Below are positions 37,551 to 51,306 of a stretch of DNA of 64,000 nucleotides, piece after piece. Numbering within the stretch: the stretch's first letter is position 1; every line of letters begins with the position of its first letter. The notes beneath the pieces were generated by a model. That model saw only the letters and a list, made by a program, of their open reading frames with translations. It searched no databases and was not told the DNA's origin. The position numbers were made by a program, and so were the translations under genes. The stretch is from positions 22,568,001 to 22,632,000 of the forward strand of contig CM060734.1 of NCBI GenBank assembly GCA_030704615.1, given 5' to 3'. The stretch is from Takakia lepidozioides. Its lineage: Eukaryota > Plantae > Bryophyta.

Positions 37551-39080
37551 GTACGATGTGAAGAAGTTTGTCCATCTTGCAAATGTGGGCCCTTGGCTAC
37601 TGTTAGTACCATGATCTGGTATTCTTGTTGTTGTTTACAAGGTTCTTGGGAGCGTGTTTCAATCTTTGCCCGCTCAGCTATACCGTGGTGGTTCTCACAG
37701 ACCAATCCGACATTACCTGACTACAGACACAAGCAGCATACACAAGAGGTCCTCTTGGGTTCAAATCCTCCATGGGTCATGACATATAGTCAAGGACAAT
37801 GTGGTGAGGCACCTTCTTCTTCGACCTATTTCAGCGTGTTTTGCCCTCTCATCAGACTCGGCCCTGAATTTGCAGCACGGAGCAGAGCTGGCATGAGTTT
37901 TTTAAAAGATCCTTCACGATGGTGGGACAACCGCAATCGCAAGGTGTGGCTTTTTCTTAATGTACGATGTGAAGAAGTTTGTCCATCCTGCAAATGTGGG
38001 CCCTTGGCTCCTGTTAGTACCATGATTTGGGTATTCTTCCTGTTGTTTACAAGGTTCTTGGGAGAGTCAGCTTGGTCTTAGCAGGCCGTGTTTCAATCTC
38101 TGCTCGCTCAGCTGCACCGTGGTGGTTCTCATAGACCAATCCGACATTATCTGACTACAAACACAAGCAGCACACACAAGAGATCCTCTTGGGTTCATGG
38201 TAAGTCAAATCCTCCATGGGTCATGACACAAGGTCGAGGACAATGTGGTGAGGGCACCTTCTTCTTCGACCTATTTCAGCCTGTTTTTCCCTCTCATCAG
38301 ACTCGACACTACTAATGAAGGTACCTTCTTCAACACATATCCCCTTGTTTACAACCTGCTATCAGAGTCGTCCCTACATTTTCATGTTGAATTCTGCAAG
38401 TTAGCTCGTTGGTGGATCTATGGTGGGAGAGTTAGCTTGGTCTTAGCAGACCGTGTTTCAATCTCTGTCTGTTTTGCCGCAGCAGCATCGGCACCGTTGA
38501 TAAAATCAGGCACTGCTAATGAAGGCACCTAACACATTTCACCTTGTTTTTCCCTCTTATCAGAATCGGCCCTCAATTTTCATGTTGAATTTTGCAAGTT
38601 AGCTGATTGAGTGAACCTTAAATAGTTTGGAGTGACTTTGACATGATACTGCCAAAGTATCCAGAAACAGGTACCAGAGACGAGGAGAAGTTGTGGAATG
38701 AATACTTTTCTGACCCCAGTCAATGGTGGGACAATCGAGGCTAAAAGGTGAATGCCTATCGAATTACAGAGAGTAGCTCAGACGCAATTCAACATAGAAA
38801 CTAGTGTGATAAGTTGAGTTGGGTGTTTCCTAGAACAAACCTAGGTTGTCATTGTCAGATGCTAGAAGCAAGGCAAGGATGAATGCATGATTTGTGCAGA
38901 GGCATGGATTGCTGAAGGAGCAGGGATAGAGTGTGGGTCCAGAGAGTAGCAGATGCAATTGAGCATAGGAACTAGTGCGATAAGTTGAGTTAGGTGTTTC
39001 ATAGAACAAATCTAGGCTGTCATTGTCAGCGGCTAGCAGCAAGACAAGGATATATGCATGATTTGTGCAGAGGCATGTGC
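37551..39080 (+). pseudogene. tandem OSB PDF-motif exon/intron modules
   Basis: SFLKDPSRWWDNRNRK | intron 37944-38134 | TNPTL(P/S)DY(R/K)HK...SNPPWV (unit duplicated); then EEKLWNEYFSDPSQWWDNRG at ~38683. Confidence 0.75.
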
Positions 39081-39825
39081 TTTAGGAACTGCACGCCTTT
39101 TTGGACCATTCCTGTGAGTATCACCTTCATAAGGGAATTGCAGAAGGGTTCTATGCCTCCCAGAGGACGTTCTTGGATTGTAGCCCAGTTGGTTATATGA
39201 GACTCCTGAAATTGGGCTTGTGCATTGCCAACTAAAAAGATGACCAACCCTTGTGGTGGTTCCTATGGACTATCCTATATGAGTATTTCCTGTGCAATGC
39301 CACGCCGTCAGAGCCTGACGTGGGGTTTTATGTCAGAAGGGTTTGAAAATCAGCTTGAAATTGGCTTGGTAATTGCTTGCAACCAGTGACTGCAGATATA
39401 GTCAAAGTCTGGTAGGTGTTGAATAGGCAATGTTGTGCCGAGTGGTTCTATACTCATGATACTCACGAAAGACTGGGGGTCCATGTTAACCAAGATAAGG
39501 GGGTGGCCTTATACAAAAGTTAGCGGTGTAGGTCATTCCATATTTATTTGTCTCTTCATCCAATTGTTTCCCTTTCTTTTTTGTAGGTAGGGTGACCACT
39601 GCAGCGCGATGCGTGCTAATGTGCCTTGTCTTGAATACTATGATTTGCTTCCTTACACAAGTGCTCGAGAATAGGGGAAAGAGACATTTCATGTGTGGTC
39701 TATGTATGCCTAGATAAGTGAAGATTCAGTCCTCAAAATGCAAATAAGCTGTGCTGTATGCAGCTTTTGTCTCCAGTGTCCACCCTCTCAAAGTCTTTGA
39801 CGATCGCATGATTCAACGAGTAGGT

Positions 39826-39827
<2 letters not shown>

Positions 39828-39862
<35 letters not shown>
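39828..39862. repeat. (CT)n microsatellite
   Basis: Direct reading of the sequence. Confidence 0.95.
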
Positions 39863-39864
<2 letters not shown>

Positions 39865-39899
39865 TCCATCTCTCTTACACCATGCTTTCTAATTTGAAA

Positions 39900-39992
39900 T
39901 TAGTGATAGGGCCCACCCTCGAAAAGGGGCAGTAGCCGCAAGGCGAAGTGGCTCTTAGTAATGCCGGCCTCGGCCAGAGTCTTCTCTCTCTC
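39900..39992 (+). mobile_element. extremely 5'-truncated LINE copy consisting of the 3' RNA motif and CT tail
   Basis: Matches the reverse complement of 10733-10824; flanked by TTTGAAA (39893-39899 and 39993-39999). Confidence 0.75.
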
Positions 39993-41064
39993 TTTGAAAC
40001 AACCCTTCATCAATGGTCAATCCCTACAAACTGGATGTCTCTGGCTCTGTCTAATTGCTATGGCCATGTCATTACATCCTGCAACTGGCTCCAGATAGCC
40101 AAGGACTGGTTGTTGAATACGTCTCTTGCCTCTTGTAGCTAGTTTAGCCATGACTGATGCACTACAGATTAGCTACCCGGATTACTGCAAGATGAGGGGT
40201 GAGGGTTGGCACTGGACATTTTCTATCCATAGGATAATTGTATCCTACTGGAGTCAGTTTTGGAGGTACTAGCATAGTTTGGCAAAACAATCACCAATCC
40301 TCCTAAGTCAGTTGCGAGTGCAATGATCTTGGGGTGTAGAAGGGTTGGTTTTGAAGCTTCATCTTGAAAAGGTTGCAGTATGGAGTCTTGTTTCTATAAA
40401 CACTGGGCCCTTTGGTTTATAAATTTTGCAAAAGGATCACCTGTAAGATAGGGTTCGTAGGCATGTGAATATGCAGAGCAAGGCAATCTGTGTATGACAA
40501 AACAGAACGAGTTCTCTGTGGTTTTTTTGTTTATCTTGCTATAGGTCTGTGATTAGAGGTAGTAATGAAGGAGATGAGGGCAGAAGGCAATGGCAGCCTG
40601 GTAAATCGGGCTGCAACCAGTAGGAGATAAGGAAGGAAAGGGGAGCACGATAACCTAAGTGTGTGGTGTTGCCAAGGGCTATGGCAACGATGGAGTATTG
40701 GCGGGCATGACGGCCGAGCGATACCAACCTGTTTATGACGATCAGATGCGGGGAACATGTTTCTACCTAGTTTTGATTATAGTTTAGGAATGTAAATAGT
40801 AGTAGTGATGAAGGAAGGGGCGGAAAGGACTGGCGGTGTGGTGATTCGTACTGCTGATCGTGGAAATTAGGGCCTGTCGAGTTGTTGAAAATTTATGACG
40901 GGCTGCTGAGGCGGTAGTGAAAGATTTTAGCACCATGGAGTAATGTATGATGTCTTTCTGGGTGCGCCAGTATGGCAGTGACAACGGCAGATCAGATCGA
41001 GTTGGCAGCAGAAGCGGGGAAGGGGGATGAACCGACAGATAGACATCCACCGCTTAAGGGAGGA

Positions 41065-42320
41065 TATAAGAACAGCTAAGTGCGATGATTAGGGGCTTCT
41101 TTCACTTAGGAATAGTTGTTGTTGCTTGGACTTAGGAGCTCTCAAGCAAGACTGATGTAGGAGATAAGACTTTTGAAAATGGAATGGACTCGGCCTGATT
41201 TCAAACCAGGGAGGATGTAGAGAGAAAGGGAGATGATGCATGGGTCTACTGGAGTGCTGATAGAGGGCAGATGCATCCCTCCCACTGTCACTGAGTGTGT
41301 GATGCTTCTTTGCTCTTGATATACTGGTTCCAGTATCATGAATCTGGTCCCACTGCTGCATTGGGCTTCTCATGTCAATTGCACATGCAATTTCGAGGAT
41401 AGTAGAGTACAAACCAACAAGGCCTGCTGTCTTTTATCATAGTGTATAAATTAGGGATGCTTCTGTGATTCTGTCAGAGTAAATGGGGTATTACATATGC
41501 CACATACACACAGTTGAGTGATGATAGGTTAATTTATTGCAATCTGTTTAGTACACCTGCATTATTAGATAAAGATGGTTCAGCTTGGGGCAACCTGTGC
41601 ATTGGAAGCTGAATACAAAAGTGGAGCTTAGTGGAATGCATGTATGGTCAATGGGGGTTTGTTTGGGATGAGAGAAGGACTCATGTAGGAAGTGGTGATG
41701 CTCGTGTGTTCCAGGTTAAATTTCCAAGATGATTTCACTGGATATCTGGCTGGGCGCGTTGACATTGCATGTAGATCTAGGTTGGATAATTAGAGCTGGG
41801 TACTTGTATTTGAAAGGGGAGAAAAAAAGTTTTGGGAAGGGAGAGAGCTGCACAGTAAAAGGGGTAATAAATGGGATGGTCAATTGAGAAACAAAGAGGG
41901 AAAACCATGAGCTGTAGATGACTTATCAGACCTGCACTTTGTGGTAGATCCTTGATGTCTTCTCAAATTTTGGTTGATCATCTAAGGGAGTTCTAGACAA
42001 GCATTGCAAGAAGTGAAATTGCCTCACGGGCTATGCAATTACCGACATAGAGTGTTGTTGGGGTCACGTAGCATCACAACAATTTTATTGACATTGCATG
42101 CCCTGCCTATATAATCTGAGAGATAAAAATGGATAAGCTTCCCAGTCCCATCCATGTCTTCTCTTCCGCTGCGGCGTGGATGAGGACACATGAACTCTGA
42201 TCATGAACAATACATAGGGCTTTTTAAGCTGTGTGTCGGTCTTGGACTAGCAAGTGGCTGCTACACTAGAAGGAATAGATTTAGAATTATCTAGAAGGGG
42301 ATTTATGCCCCTTCTTTCCA
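41065..42320 (+). repeat. LTR (3' LTR preceded by PPT AAGGGAGGA); same family as 56416-57382
   Basis: 41350-42317 is nearly identical to 56416-57382; ends in CA; start inferred from the PPT. Confidence 0.8.
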
Positions 42321-44035
42321 CACTACGTAGGTAATACGAATTCCACTGGAAGTTGAGCTTCCATGCCATAGACTAATTGGAATGGTGTATACCTGGTGGT
42401 GACCTTGTATGAAGTCCTGTATGACCACAAAGCTGTCAACAACTTTGTATCCCAGTCAGTTCTGTTGGCATTAACTATCTTAGCAAGGATAATGCATAGT
42501 ATCTTGTTGGTGGCCTCTGTCTGCCATTGCCTTGTGGGTAATAGGTTGTACTCTTCCTATGCACAATCATTAACTCCTTATTCAACAGTTCAATAGTCTC
42601 ATTAATGAAATGACTTCCCTGGTCACTGATAAATTCCAAGGGACAACCAAATCTCGTGATTATGTTCTCATAAAGAAATCTAGCTGTAGATTTCGCTGTG
42701 TTATCTCGCAGTGCCTTGGCTTCTACCCACTTAGTAGTATAATCCGTGACTGTGGTTATATACTTGTTTTGGGTGTTCCTGGTTGGTGGATTAATTGGCC
42801 CAACAAAGTCTAATCCCCATTTCTGAAATGGTTCAGTAGGCATTGTAGGATGCAGTGCCATCTTTCTAGATCTATGCAAAGGTCCCAGCCTTTGACATTC
42901 ATCACAACTCTTACAGTAATTATATACATCTTTGAATAAGGTAGGCCACCAATATCCTGCAAGTAGTATTTTCCTGCTGGCAGTCTCTTCTCCATAATGT
43001 CCTCCAGCTATCCCTTTGTGAATTTCTTCCAAAACTTTATTAATTTCATGATGGTACAAGCATCTCTTTAGGACCCCATCTGGTCCCAGCTTGTACAATT
43101 TTCCTATCATAGTATATGGTAGGGCTTCAATAGCTATCCTCTTTCTCTATTCCTTCCCATAACTAGATGGGCAGTGTCCATGAGTTAGGTAATATCTGAT
43201 TGGCCACTGCCAATCTAACCAATCATCTGCTCCCTGCACTTCCACTGCAAATAAACTTGCATCAGGCAGTTGATCGTCTACTCTTGTGGCGGGCGCTCCT
43301 GTTGAAAGGCGTGACAAGTGATTTGCCACAAGATGCAAACGTCCAGGTTTGTAAACAACTTCAAATTCAAACTCATGTAGCATAATCAGCCACCTTGCTA
43401 TCCTTCCACTTATCAAAGGCTTGTTCACCAAATAAATCAGAGCTTGATGATCCACATAGAACATAAACTTCCTTCCTAGCAAATAATGCCTGAACTTCTT
43501 GACTGAATAAATCATTGCCAAAGCTTCTCTTTCGGTGGTGCTATAGTTCATTTCAACACTGTTCAACAGTCTGCTAGCATAATACACAGGTGAATCTATG
43601 TTTCCTGTGACATTTTGGGCTAACACAGCCCCCAATGCTTCTCCTGAGGCATCACAGTGTACATGAAATACCATATGCCAATGTGGGTTAATCAGCACAG
43701 GTGTAGTTGTTACTGACAATGTGAGTTCATCAAAGGCGTGTTGGCACTCAGCTGTCCATGCAAACCCTGCATCCTTCTTCAAGAGCTTGCTCAATGGTGC
43801 TGCCTTCTGTGCATAACCTTCTGTAATAACTGGTTTGTCCAAGGAACCTCCTTAGAGCCTTAACATTACTTGGTGGTGGTGAGGCTTTCATAGCCTCTGT
43901 CTTTCTAGGATCTACAAGCAGCCCTTTCTGACACACAATGTGTCCCAAAAGAACTCCTGAGTTCACACAGAAAGTACAGTTTTCTGGATTCAGCCCAAGA
44001 CCTCTCATCCTGCATCTGGCCAAACATATTTCCAA
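42321..44035 (-). pseudogene. pol: gypsy copy B 3' part (RT end, RNase H, integrase)
   Basis: LEICLARCR..., HCDASGEALG, H..IAGGHY..CDECQ, WGLDFVG, SDQGSHF. Confidence 0.92.
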
Positions 44036-47000
44036 CACTAGAAGAAAAATGCGGAATAACCACTGGCCCTTTAACCACTACTGTCTTTTCCCACTCTATA
44101 AACCACTAGTAACCACTTGCCAATGGTTAATCCCAATGAAATGCCACGGTGGCACTCACAGTCAGTGATTGGAAGTGGTTTCAACCACTCAGTAGTCCAC
44201 GTGTAATAATTTGTTATTATTTATTATTTATTATTTGGCAATATATTTTAATTAATAAATATAATATTCCACGTGGACGAGTGCAGTGGTACATTGTGAG
44301 TGGTTATAGACACCTCAGTGATGGGAAGTGGTTGAAACCACTTGCTACTCCACATGTAATAATTCAAATCTTATTTATGATTTAAGATTTGGGAATCTAT
44401 TTTAATTAATATAATATAATATTCCACGTGGACGGGGACTGTGCACGTTGATCTTGAGTGGTTAAAGACACCTCATTGATTTGTACCACTGTGACAGTGG
44501 TGGAGAGTGGGTGGTGAAAGACACTGCAGTAATTGGAACCACTATTCTAGTGGTCGCTCATGAGTGGTTGCCTACACAACAGTGATTGGTACCACTTTTG
44601 TGGTGATACATGAAAAACTTTAAGTGGTTTGTGCACCTGTGACAGACTTTGAAAAACAGACAAGTGTCCAGACCAGTGTAGGATGATGCTATTGAACAAA
44701 TGGTTCCAACAATAAACTTTATTCTGAATCTGAAACATATTCGTCACCCTCTGAATCATTTTCCTCAACTGGAATAGCGGTTGGTTGTACAAATGCCACT
44801 TAAATGCAGGTAGCCAACATAGCCAGGTCTTCAGTCTCTCATGTTAGTTCTAGAATGTTAGGTGGTTAAAGACACCTCAGTGATTAGTACCACTTGGACA
44901 GTGGTACATAGTGAGTGGTTAAAGACACCACAATGATTGGTATCACTTGGACGGTGGTAGATTGTGAGTGGTTAAAGACACCTCAGTGACTGGTACCACT
45001 CTTGTGGTGATACATGAAAATGTTTAAGTGGTTTGTGCACCTGTGGCAGACTTTAAAAAACATACAAGTGTCCAAATCATTGTAGGATGATGCTATTGAA
45101 CAAATGGTTCCAAACAATCAACTTTATTCTGAATCTGAATCAGCACTTTCCTCAACTGGAACAATGTTTGGTCATACAAAACTAGCTTACAGGTTTTGGG
45201 CGACTGGTGCCGATTCCACTTCCAGGCTTCGATGATCACAAATATGGTAGCCAACATAGCCAACTCTTCTCCACTTAGAGCCGTGGCACCATCTAATGAC
45301 CTAGGTATGGGCTGATAAGGTAGAGGGTGCCCGTAGACCATCAAAATTTGCATTTTCTCCAATGTCCAAACTTCAACGATGAATTTTAGAATGAAAATAA
45401 ATTAAGCCAGTTCCAAAAATACAAAATTTCCAAATAAATGAACTCACTACAAGGCTTGAAAATAGTTGTTTACATTTCATTCAAAATTTTATATGTCACA
45501 TCTAGTAGATAAGCCTGATAATTTGTGAGTTGTAGCTCCTAGGTGTTTCCCTTTATTTTTTATTTTTTTAAATAGATAATCTAATATACTTTGGAAAAAT
45601 CTATAGACTTTTTGCAAGAGCCCAAAAATGAGGTGTAGGTGGGTAGCATTGTAAGCCCTGAAGCTATCCCCCCAAAAACTACGTCAAACAAGTTTCATAT
45701 AACCCGGATATGGCCAAACATGCATTACATAATTTAAATTTGGTCATATTAATTAGTTCATTTTGGCCTGTCTTTATCGATTTCTACTACCATTTTTTAT
45801 TAAAAAAAATTAACATTGTACTCATTACAATAAAGTGAAATTCACATACCGTACCACATATAAAAAGGACGTAGCAGGATTTGAGCCCCAAACCACTGGG
45901 GTAACAAAAGTGTACTATCCAATAAAAGTTCAAAATAATTCAAAATAGATTTAGGGTTGCGGGGTTGTGTGCTGAACGATGAGTCTTGTACTTGGTCGTT
46001 TTTCTTTGTTTGTGTCGTGGGATGATTTGCAGGTGCATAGCTAAGGTCCGAGATGGAAGCTTTGGAGACCACCTACGCTCAAGCGATGCGGGGAGGGTGA
46101 GCTCGACAGCTTTGGAGACATGCGCGCAATCAATGCGGGGAGGGTTGAAGCTCGACAGCTTCCTAGCTTTTTCATACGGCCCTCAATATCGTCCTCTCCA
46201 CCCTCTTCTCTACCCCATCTTTCTTTCACATTGTCTGCTTCTCCTTAGTCCACGCCCAAGCGCTCTCCAACTCTCTATCAATCTCGCTCCCACTCTCTTC
46301 ATTTCTCATGCTTTTGCTGCAGTAGGTCGCTTGAGGCTTGGGTCTTCTGTTGCCGGTTCTTTAGGGGCACCATTGCCAGGAAGTTGTATTCTAGGGCTCA
46401 GCCATTTATATATTCATGAAGGGAAAAGAGGTCCATGGTGACATTGTCAAGGTTGGAATAGTACTAGATGTCATTCTGAACAATACCCTTGTTGATATGT
46501 ATGCCAAATGTGGGAGCACTCTGGATGCAAAGGAAATGTTTGATGGGCAAACAAGATGTGTTCTGGAGTGCTATGATTGCAGGACATGCACAACATGGAT
46601 ATGGGGGATGGAGGCTTTGGAGACATGTGAGCAAATGCACATTAGCAGGGGGTGAAGCCAGACCGAGTCACATTCATTTCTATCTTCATGCCAATTTCTC
46701 CAATTTGGGTGTGCTATAGCTTGGTGGATTTGTAGCAAGTAGGGTGATGAGGATATGCTAGCCTTCAGAGCCATAAAGATTTTCAAGGGGTTGTGGTCTG
46801 GCCCCCAGTATAGCTGCACTTGTTGTTCAAGTTTCCAGACATTCAGCTACTTTGATGGGCCTATCTTCTTGCCAATTCCTCCATTTGTGGTGTGCTATGG
46901 CTTGGCACATTCCTAACAACTAGTGTGATCAACATATGGTGGCCTTCAGAGCTTTGGAATTACTTAAGGGGTTGTGGTCTGGCCCCCAACGGATCTGCAC

Positions 47001-47312
47001 TTGTTGTTCAAGTTTTCGGACGTTCAGGTACTCAAATGGGCCTCTCTTCTTGCCAATTGCTCCAATTGTGGTGTGCTATGGCTTGAAACTTTCTAACAAC
47101 TATGGTGGCCTCCTGAGCTCTGCATTCTCTTAAGGGGTTGTGGTCTGGCCCCCAACAGATTTGCACATGAAGTTCAAGTTTCCGGACGTTCAGGTACTCA
47201 GATGGACCTATCACCTTGCCAATTGCTCCAATTGTGGTGTGCTATGGCTTGAAACATTTCTAACAACTAGTGTGATCAAGTCATGGTGGCCTCCTGAGCT
47301 CTGAATTTTCTT
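44036..47312 (-). mobile_element. CACTA right arm (inverted)
   Basis: TIR CACTAGAAGAAAAATGCGGAATAACCACT; TSD CAA (TTG on minus) at 44033-44035; subterminal repeats; the same 180-bp repeat at 46690-47312. Confidence 0.88.
46400..46700 (+). pseudogene. PLS-class PPR fragment captured in the CACTA
   Basis: GKEVHGDIVKVG..DVILNNTLVDMYAKCGSTLDAKEMFD..DVFWSAMIAGHAQHG..GVKPDRVTF. Confidence 0.85.
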
Positions 47313-50300
47313 CAGGGGTCTTGATCAGAGTTTATCGTGAACAGCTCTACCAATTCCCCTCTTTCTGAAGATGGTAGTTCTTTGTTTGTAATGGTCTTTC
47401 CTTCCACCTGAATCATATTCACGAATTCCTCTCTACCGTATAACCACTCAAGACAATCAGAATCCGAATGACATTCATACAACCCTGGGCCTAATGTCTT
47501 GACCACATCCTCCAACAAGTGCTTCCCCTCATCAATCATCTTGGGTCCTTTAGGTACCCAAGGCGTACTCATCACTCTGTTGGTTTGCACTTCAGGTTCT
47601 CCTTCAGTGCAAAGATCTTCCTCACTCAAATCTTCTGACTCTTTCTCTGATCCTATTGCACTGAATTCATCTTCATCAGTTAAGACCTTGGGTACAGATG
47701 AGAGGAATGACACTGTCACACCATTGGGTTTGACTCCATAAGTGATGGTTCCCTTAGCCCACTCTGTACATGCTTGGGCCTGAACTAACCATGGTCTGCC
47801 CAACAGTAATGCATATGAGTATCCATCTGATGGAATTTCAATGACTTGGAAGTCCATTGTATATGTAGAACCCCCGGATTGCATATGAAGATTGGAAATT
47901 TGACCTACTGGCCTGATTCTTCGCTGATCTGCCAATCGGATAATCAATGGGGATTTATCAGTCATGTGTAAGCCTAGTTTCGCCATTGTGGAGAGTGGCA
48001 TGATGTTCACCAAGCTTCCACCATCTACCAAACAATGTTGGATAAAACAGTCTACAATCTCCACTTCAATCTCTATTGGTCCAGGGTCTATTCTTGCATT
48101 GACATGGTGTGACACTGGCGGATTCTCTCGTCTCTTCCTGACCAATGAGGCTTTCAGGGCTTGTCTGACTGTAGGAGCAATGACAACAAGCTGAGCTACT
48201 GAAATATTGGCCTGAATCTGGCGCAAGTCATGCATCAAGTTATATGGCTCAAGCTCATCGGTAAATCTCATTGTGGGAGACTTTCGTCCTAGACTCTTCA
48301 CTGTAGTATTAGCAATTTTGACTGCTGACACTTTCGGTCGTATCACTAGTGATGGAATTGGAATGGATACCTTACCCGGAGAGTCACTTCCTTCAAATAC
48401 CACAGATTTCCCCTTCCTGATACTAGCTTCATTCTCATTGTGAAGAGTAGTAGCAATTTTTGTCACATCATCCTTTACAGTTTGAAATTCATTGGTTCCT
48501 TATCTGAAGATGAAGTAGGTGTAACATCCATGATCCGGGATTACCTCTTCCGGTGCCCGTACTAACATCTCTCGTTGTTGGCGAGTCATCACAGCAAATG
48601 TTACCTCCTCACGTTCCTCCTCTTTTGGCATGGTTGGCAATTCGCCGTGTATCCAATTCACATTAGGTTGCGCTGGTAACTTCTGCGTGATTGGACTAGA
48701 GGAAGTCCCTGCTTGTGAAAGAGGTTGTGTGGATATTGATGCTTGATTGGACCCTTGATTCCTCTCGTCCTGAGATCGTCGCCACGGAAGCTGAGTTTGC
48801 GGTTCCTGCATCACAAGATTTGTAAATGACACCCTAGGCTACTGACTGAATTGAGATTGCTTTGTGGGATTGGTATTTGGGCCTCTTTGTAATATTTGCG
48901 GAGCAAAGTATATCCCATGTTGGGGTGGTAAATTTGCCGAAGGGACCTGATTATATTGATCAGGAAATGGCGCTCTTTGACCCCGTAGACTCTGGTCAAC
49001 TTGCCATTGGGTTGTAGGTTTTGGCCTGTCAATAGTTCTCGCTCGGCAGCGCTCCAAAGGATGAATGAAGACATGTGACATCTCTCCAACAATCTTGTGT
49101 ATTGTGATTGGACCGACCACACTTCCCACATGGCGGATAACGGTTTTGTGGCCTATATCCCTGTCCTGGTGAAGGATTCTGGACTGGAGGAAGTTCCCTT
49201 TCCCGGATAGGGTTGGGACAATGTTGGGGATCATACCCTGACCCTCGACAATTATAACACCATAATTTGGACGCATTAGGACCTGTCTCAGCTAATGGAA
49301 CCTGAATAACCCTATGATGGAGATAACTGGAAACCTGCTAACCGATGGCACTTACTATATCCCCCATGGACTCAACAGGTCTCAGCACAAATATTAGCTA
49401 TTCCTCAAAATGTCCCATCCGACTATTGCTAGTGGATCATGTATATGATTCAACAGGAACTGATTGAAAGTGTATTGTTGGGGTTGAGGGGGTGGTGGTG
49501 GCCACCAAAGGCATTGCAGATGACATCGTGGCAGCATGAATCATCCCTCTAGTCATTGTCAGTCTGTAATAGGGAGATGGAGGCGTCCCCAAAACTGCAA
49601 GCGTTGGATTAACCACAATGTATGAAGGAAGCGCCATCTCTGGCATCTTCGCACGTTGTACTTGACGATGCATGTTGTCATGTTCTTTCCCTGAGTTGAT
49701 CGCATCTACTAATGTAGCGCATCTCTGTTGCAACACAAACAAGTGAATATCCTCTCGTAACCCGCTCAGAAAACAATCTTTCAGAACTCCATCATCCAAG
49801 GGTGTTAGAGGATTTTGCAATCGCATCAGCTCCTTGAAGCGTGTTTCAAAATCAACAACTTCCTCATTCGGTCCCTATCCAATTCTGGCAAGGGCCATAA
49901 GAACACTTGTAAACTGATGTACTACTCTGAAATGATTTAGAAAAGCATCCCAAAATTGAGTCCAATATTGAAATGAACCTCCAGGTTGCTGCCAATGCCA
50001 AGCCAGCACCCTTCCCTTTAAAGTCGTAGGGAACCAGATTAACCAATATGCATCATTCAAGGCCTGATTGGAATAACAACTTTGGACAAAATTCTTGACA
50101 TGATATTCAAGGTTTTCATGTGGTTCACCATAAAACCAGGGCAAATGACCTAGTAATGCAATGGAGCCAAACCCGGTGGCACCAGGATTGGGATATCCGG
50201 AACAGGTGGTACCGGTGGTGGTTGTGGCTGCGCCATTGGTTATACCATTGGAGGCGGTGGCTGCGCCATTGAACCTCTTGGCTCAGCGGTGGATGAGATG

Positions 50301-50460
50301 CCGAACTACTGGGTCTGGCTGGGCTTAAAGGTGGAGAGGAAAATGAGGATTCAGAAGCTTCAGAGTCATGTCCGTTCAAATCTATATTCAGATCATCTAT
50401 GGGTTGATTAACTGAAGTCTCTTCCGTTTCTTCTTCAGACATTGTTACTTCTTGAAACTG
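47313..50460 (-). pseudogene. gag: gypsy copy C gag and aspartic protease
   Basis: Gag is homologous to copy A (RLQNPLTPLDDGVLKD); protease CLVDGGSLVNIM...LLLGRPWL. Confidence 0.88.
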
Positions 50461-51306
50461 TACTTATGGGTGATTGAAAAAATCTTTCCCTAAATGCTGC
50501 GCGAAATAATCTACGTCTAAGTCTAGGATCTGTCCCTCCGGAATCTGAACTAGGACTGTGACTAGAAGCAGAGTTTTGACATTCATCTTCACTATTTGGC
50601 TTATCGTGTTAGCGTTGTCTATACTATCAAGGTCTAAGATAACCCTACATAATCATAGCAATAATGAAAGAATTCAAATCAATGTACTGTAAATCAAAAT
50701 GAGGCTGTGGTGGTACATCAGCATGCAACCACACATGAAACCGTACCGCCGCCTCCTGGTGGGGGAGGCTGGTTACAATAATTGCAGTGCTCTCTACGGA
50801 TCATGTAATGTTCTACAAAAAACGGCACTGGACACAATGCGTCAGATAATCAACTTGCCATCTAATGTGAGCTGCTATGGAAGATCTCGGGTGTAGGGCT
50901 CCTAAATAAATTCCTGGGCACTCGCAATCGGGCCACATTGGCCGATCACGGCACCAATAGAATCGTTGTTGACATCCATCTGGTAGTATTCTATCTAGCC
51001 AAACTCGCTCGTTATTCCCTCTTCTTCTTTCGCGTAGGGCAAGTCGATCAATGTGAGCTTCTATCCTAGACCTAATATTATCGTCGCTTTGCCAAAACCG
51101 TTTCCTAATACGCTTAACTTTTTTTTCAAAACTCATTACCTACATAGTTCAAATACATGACTTCATTCGTACTCATACACCTTCGAATCTATACATATAA
51201 TCCACGATTTGTATTACATCAAAATTATGTTGCACAGCAACAGAAGTTGTGTACAATTTGTCGAAAGCGTAGACACTATAATATCAACAAACCTTTAGTA
51301 TATGTA

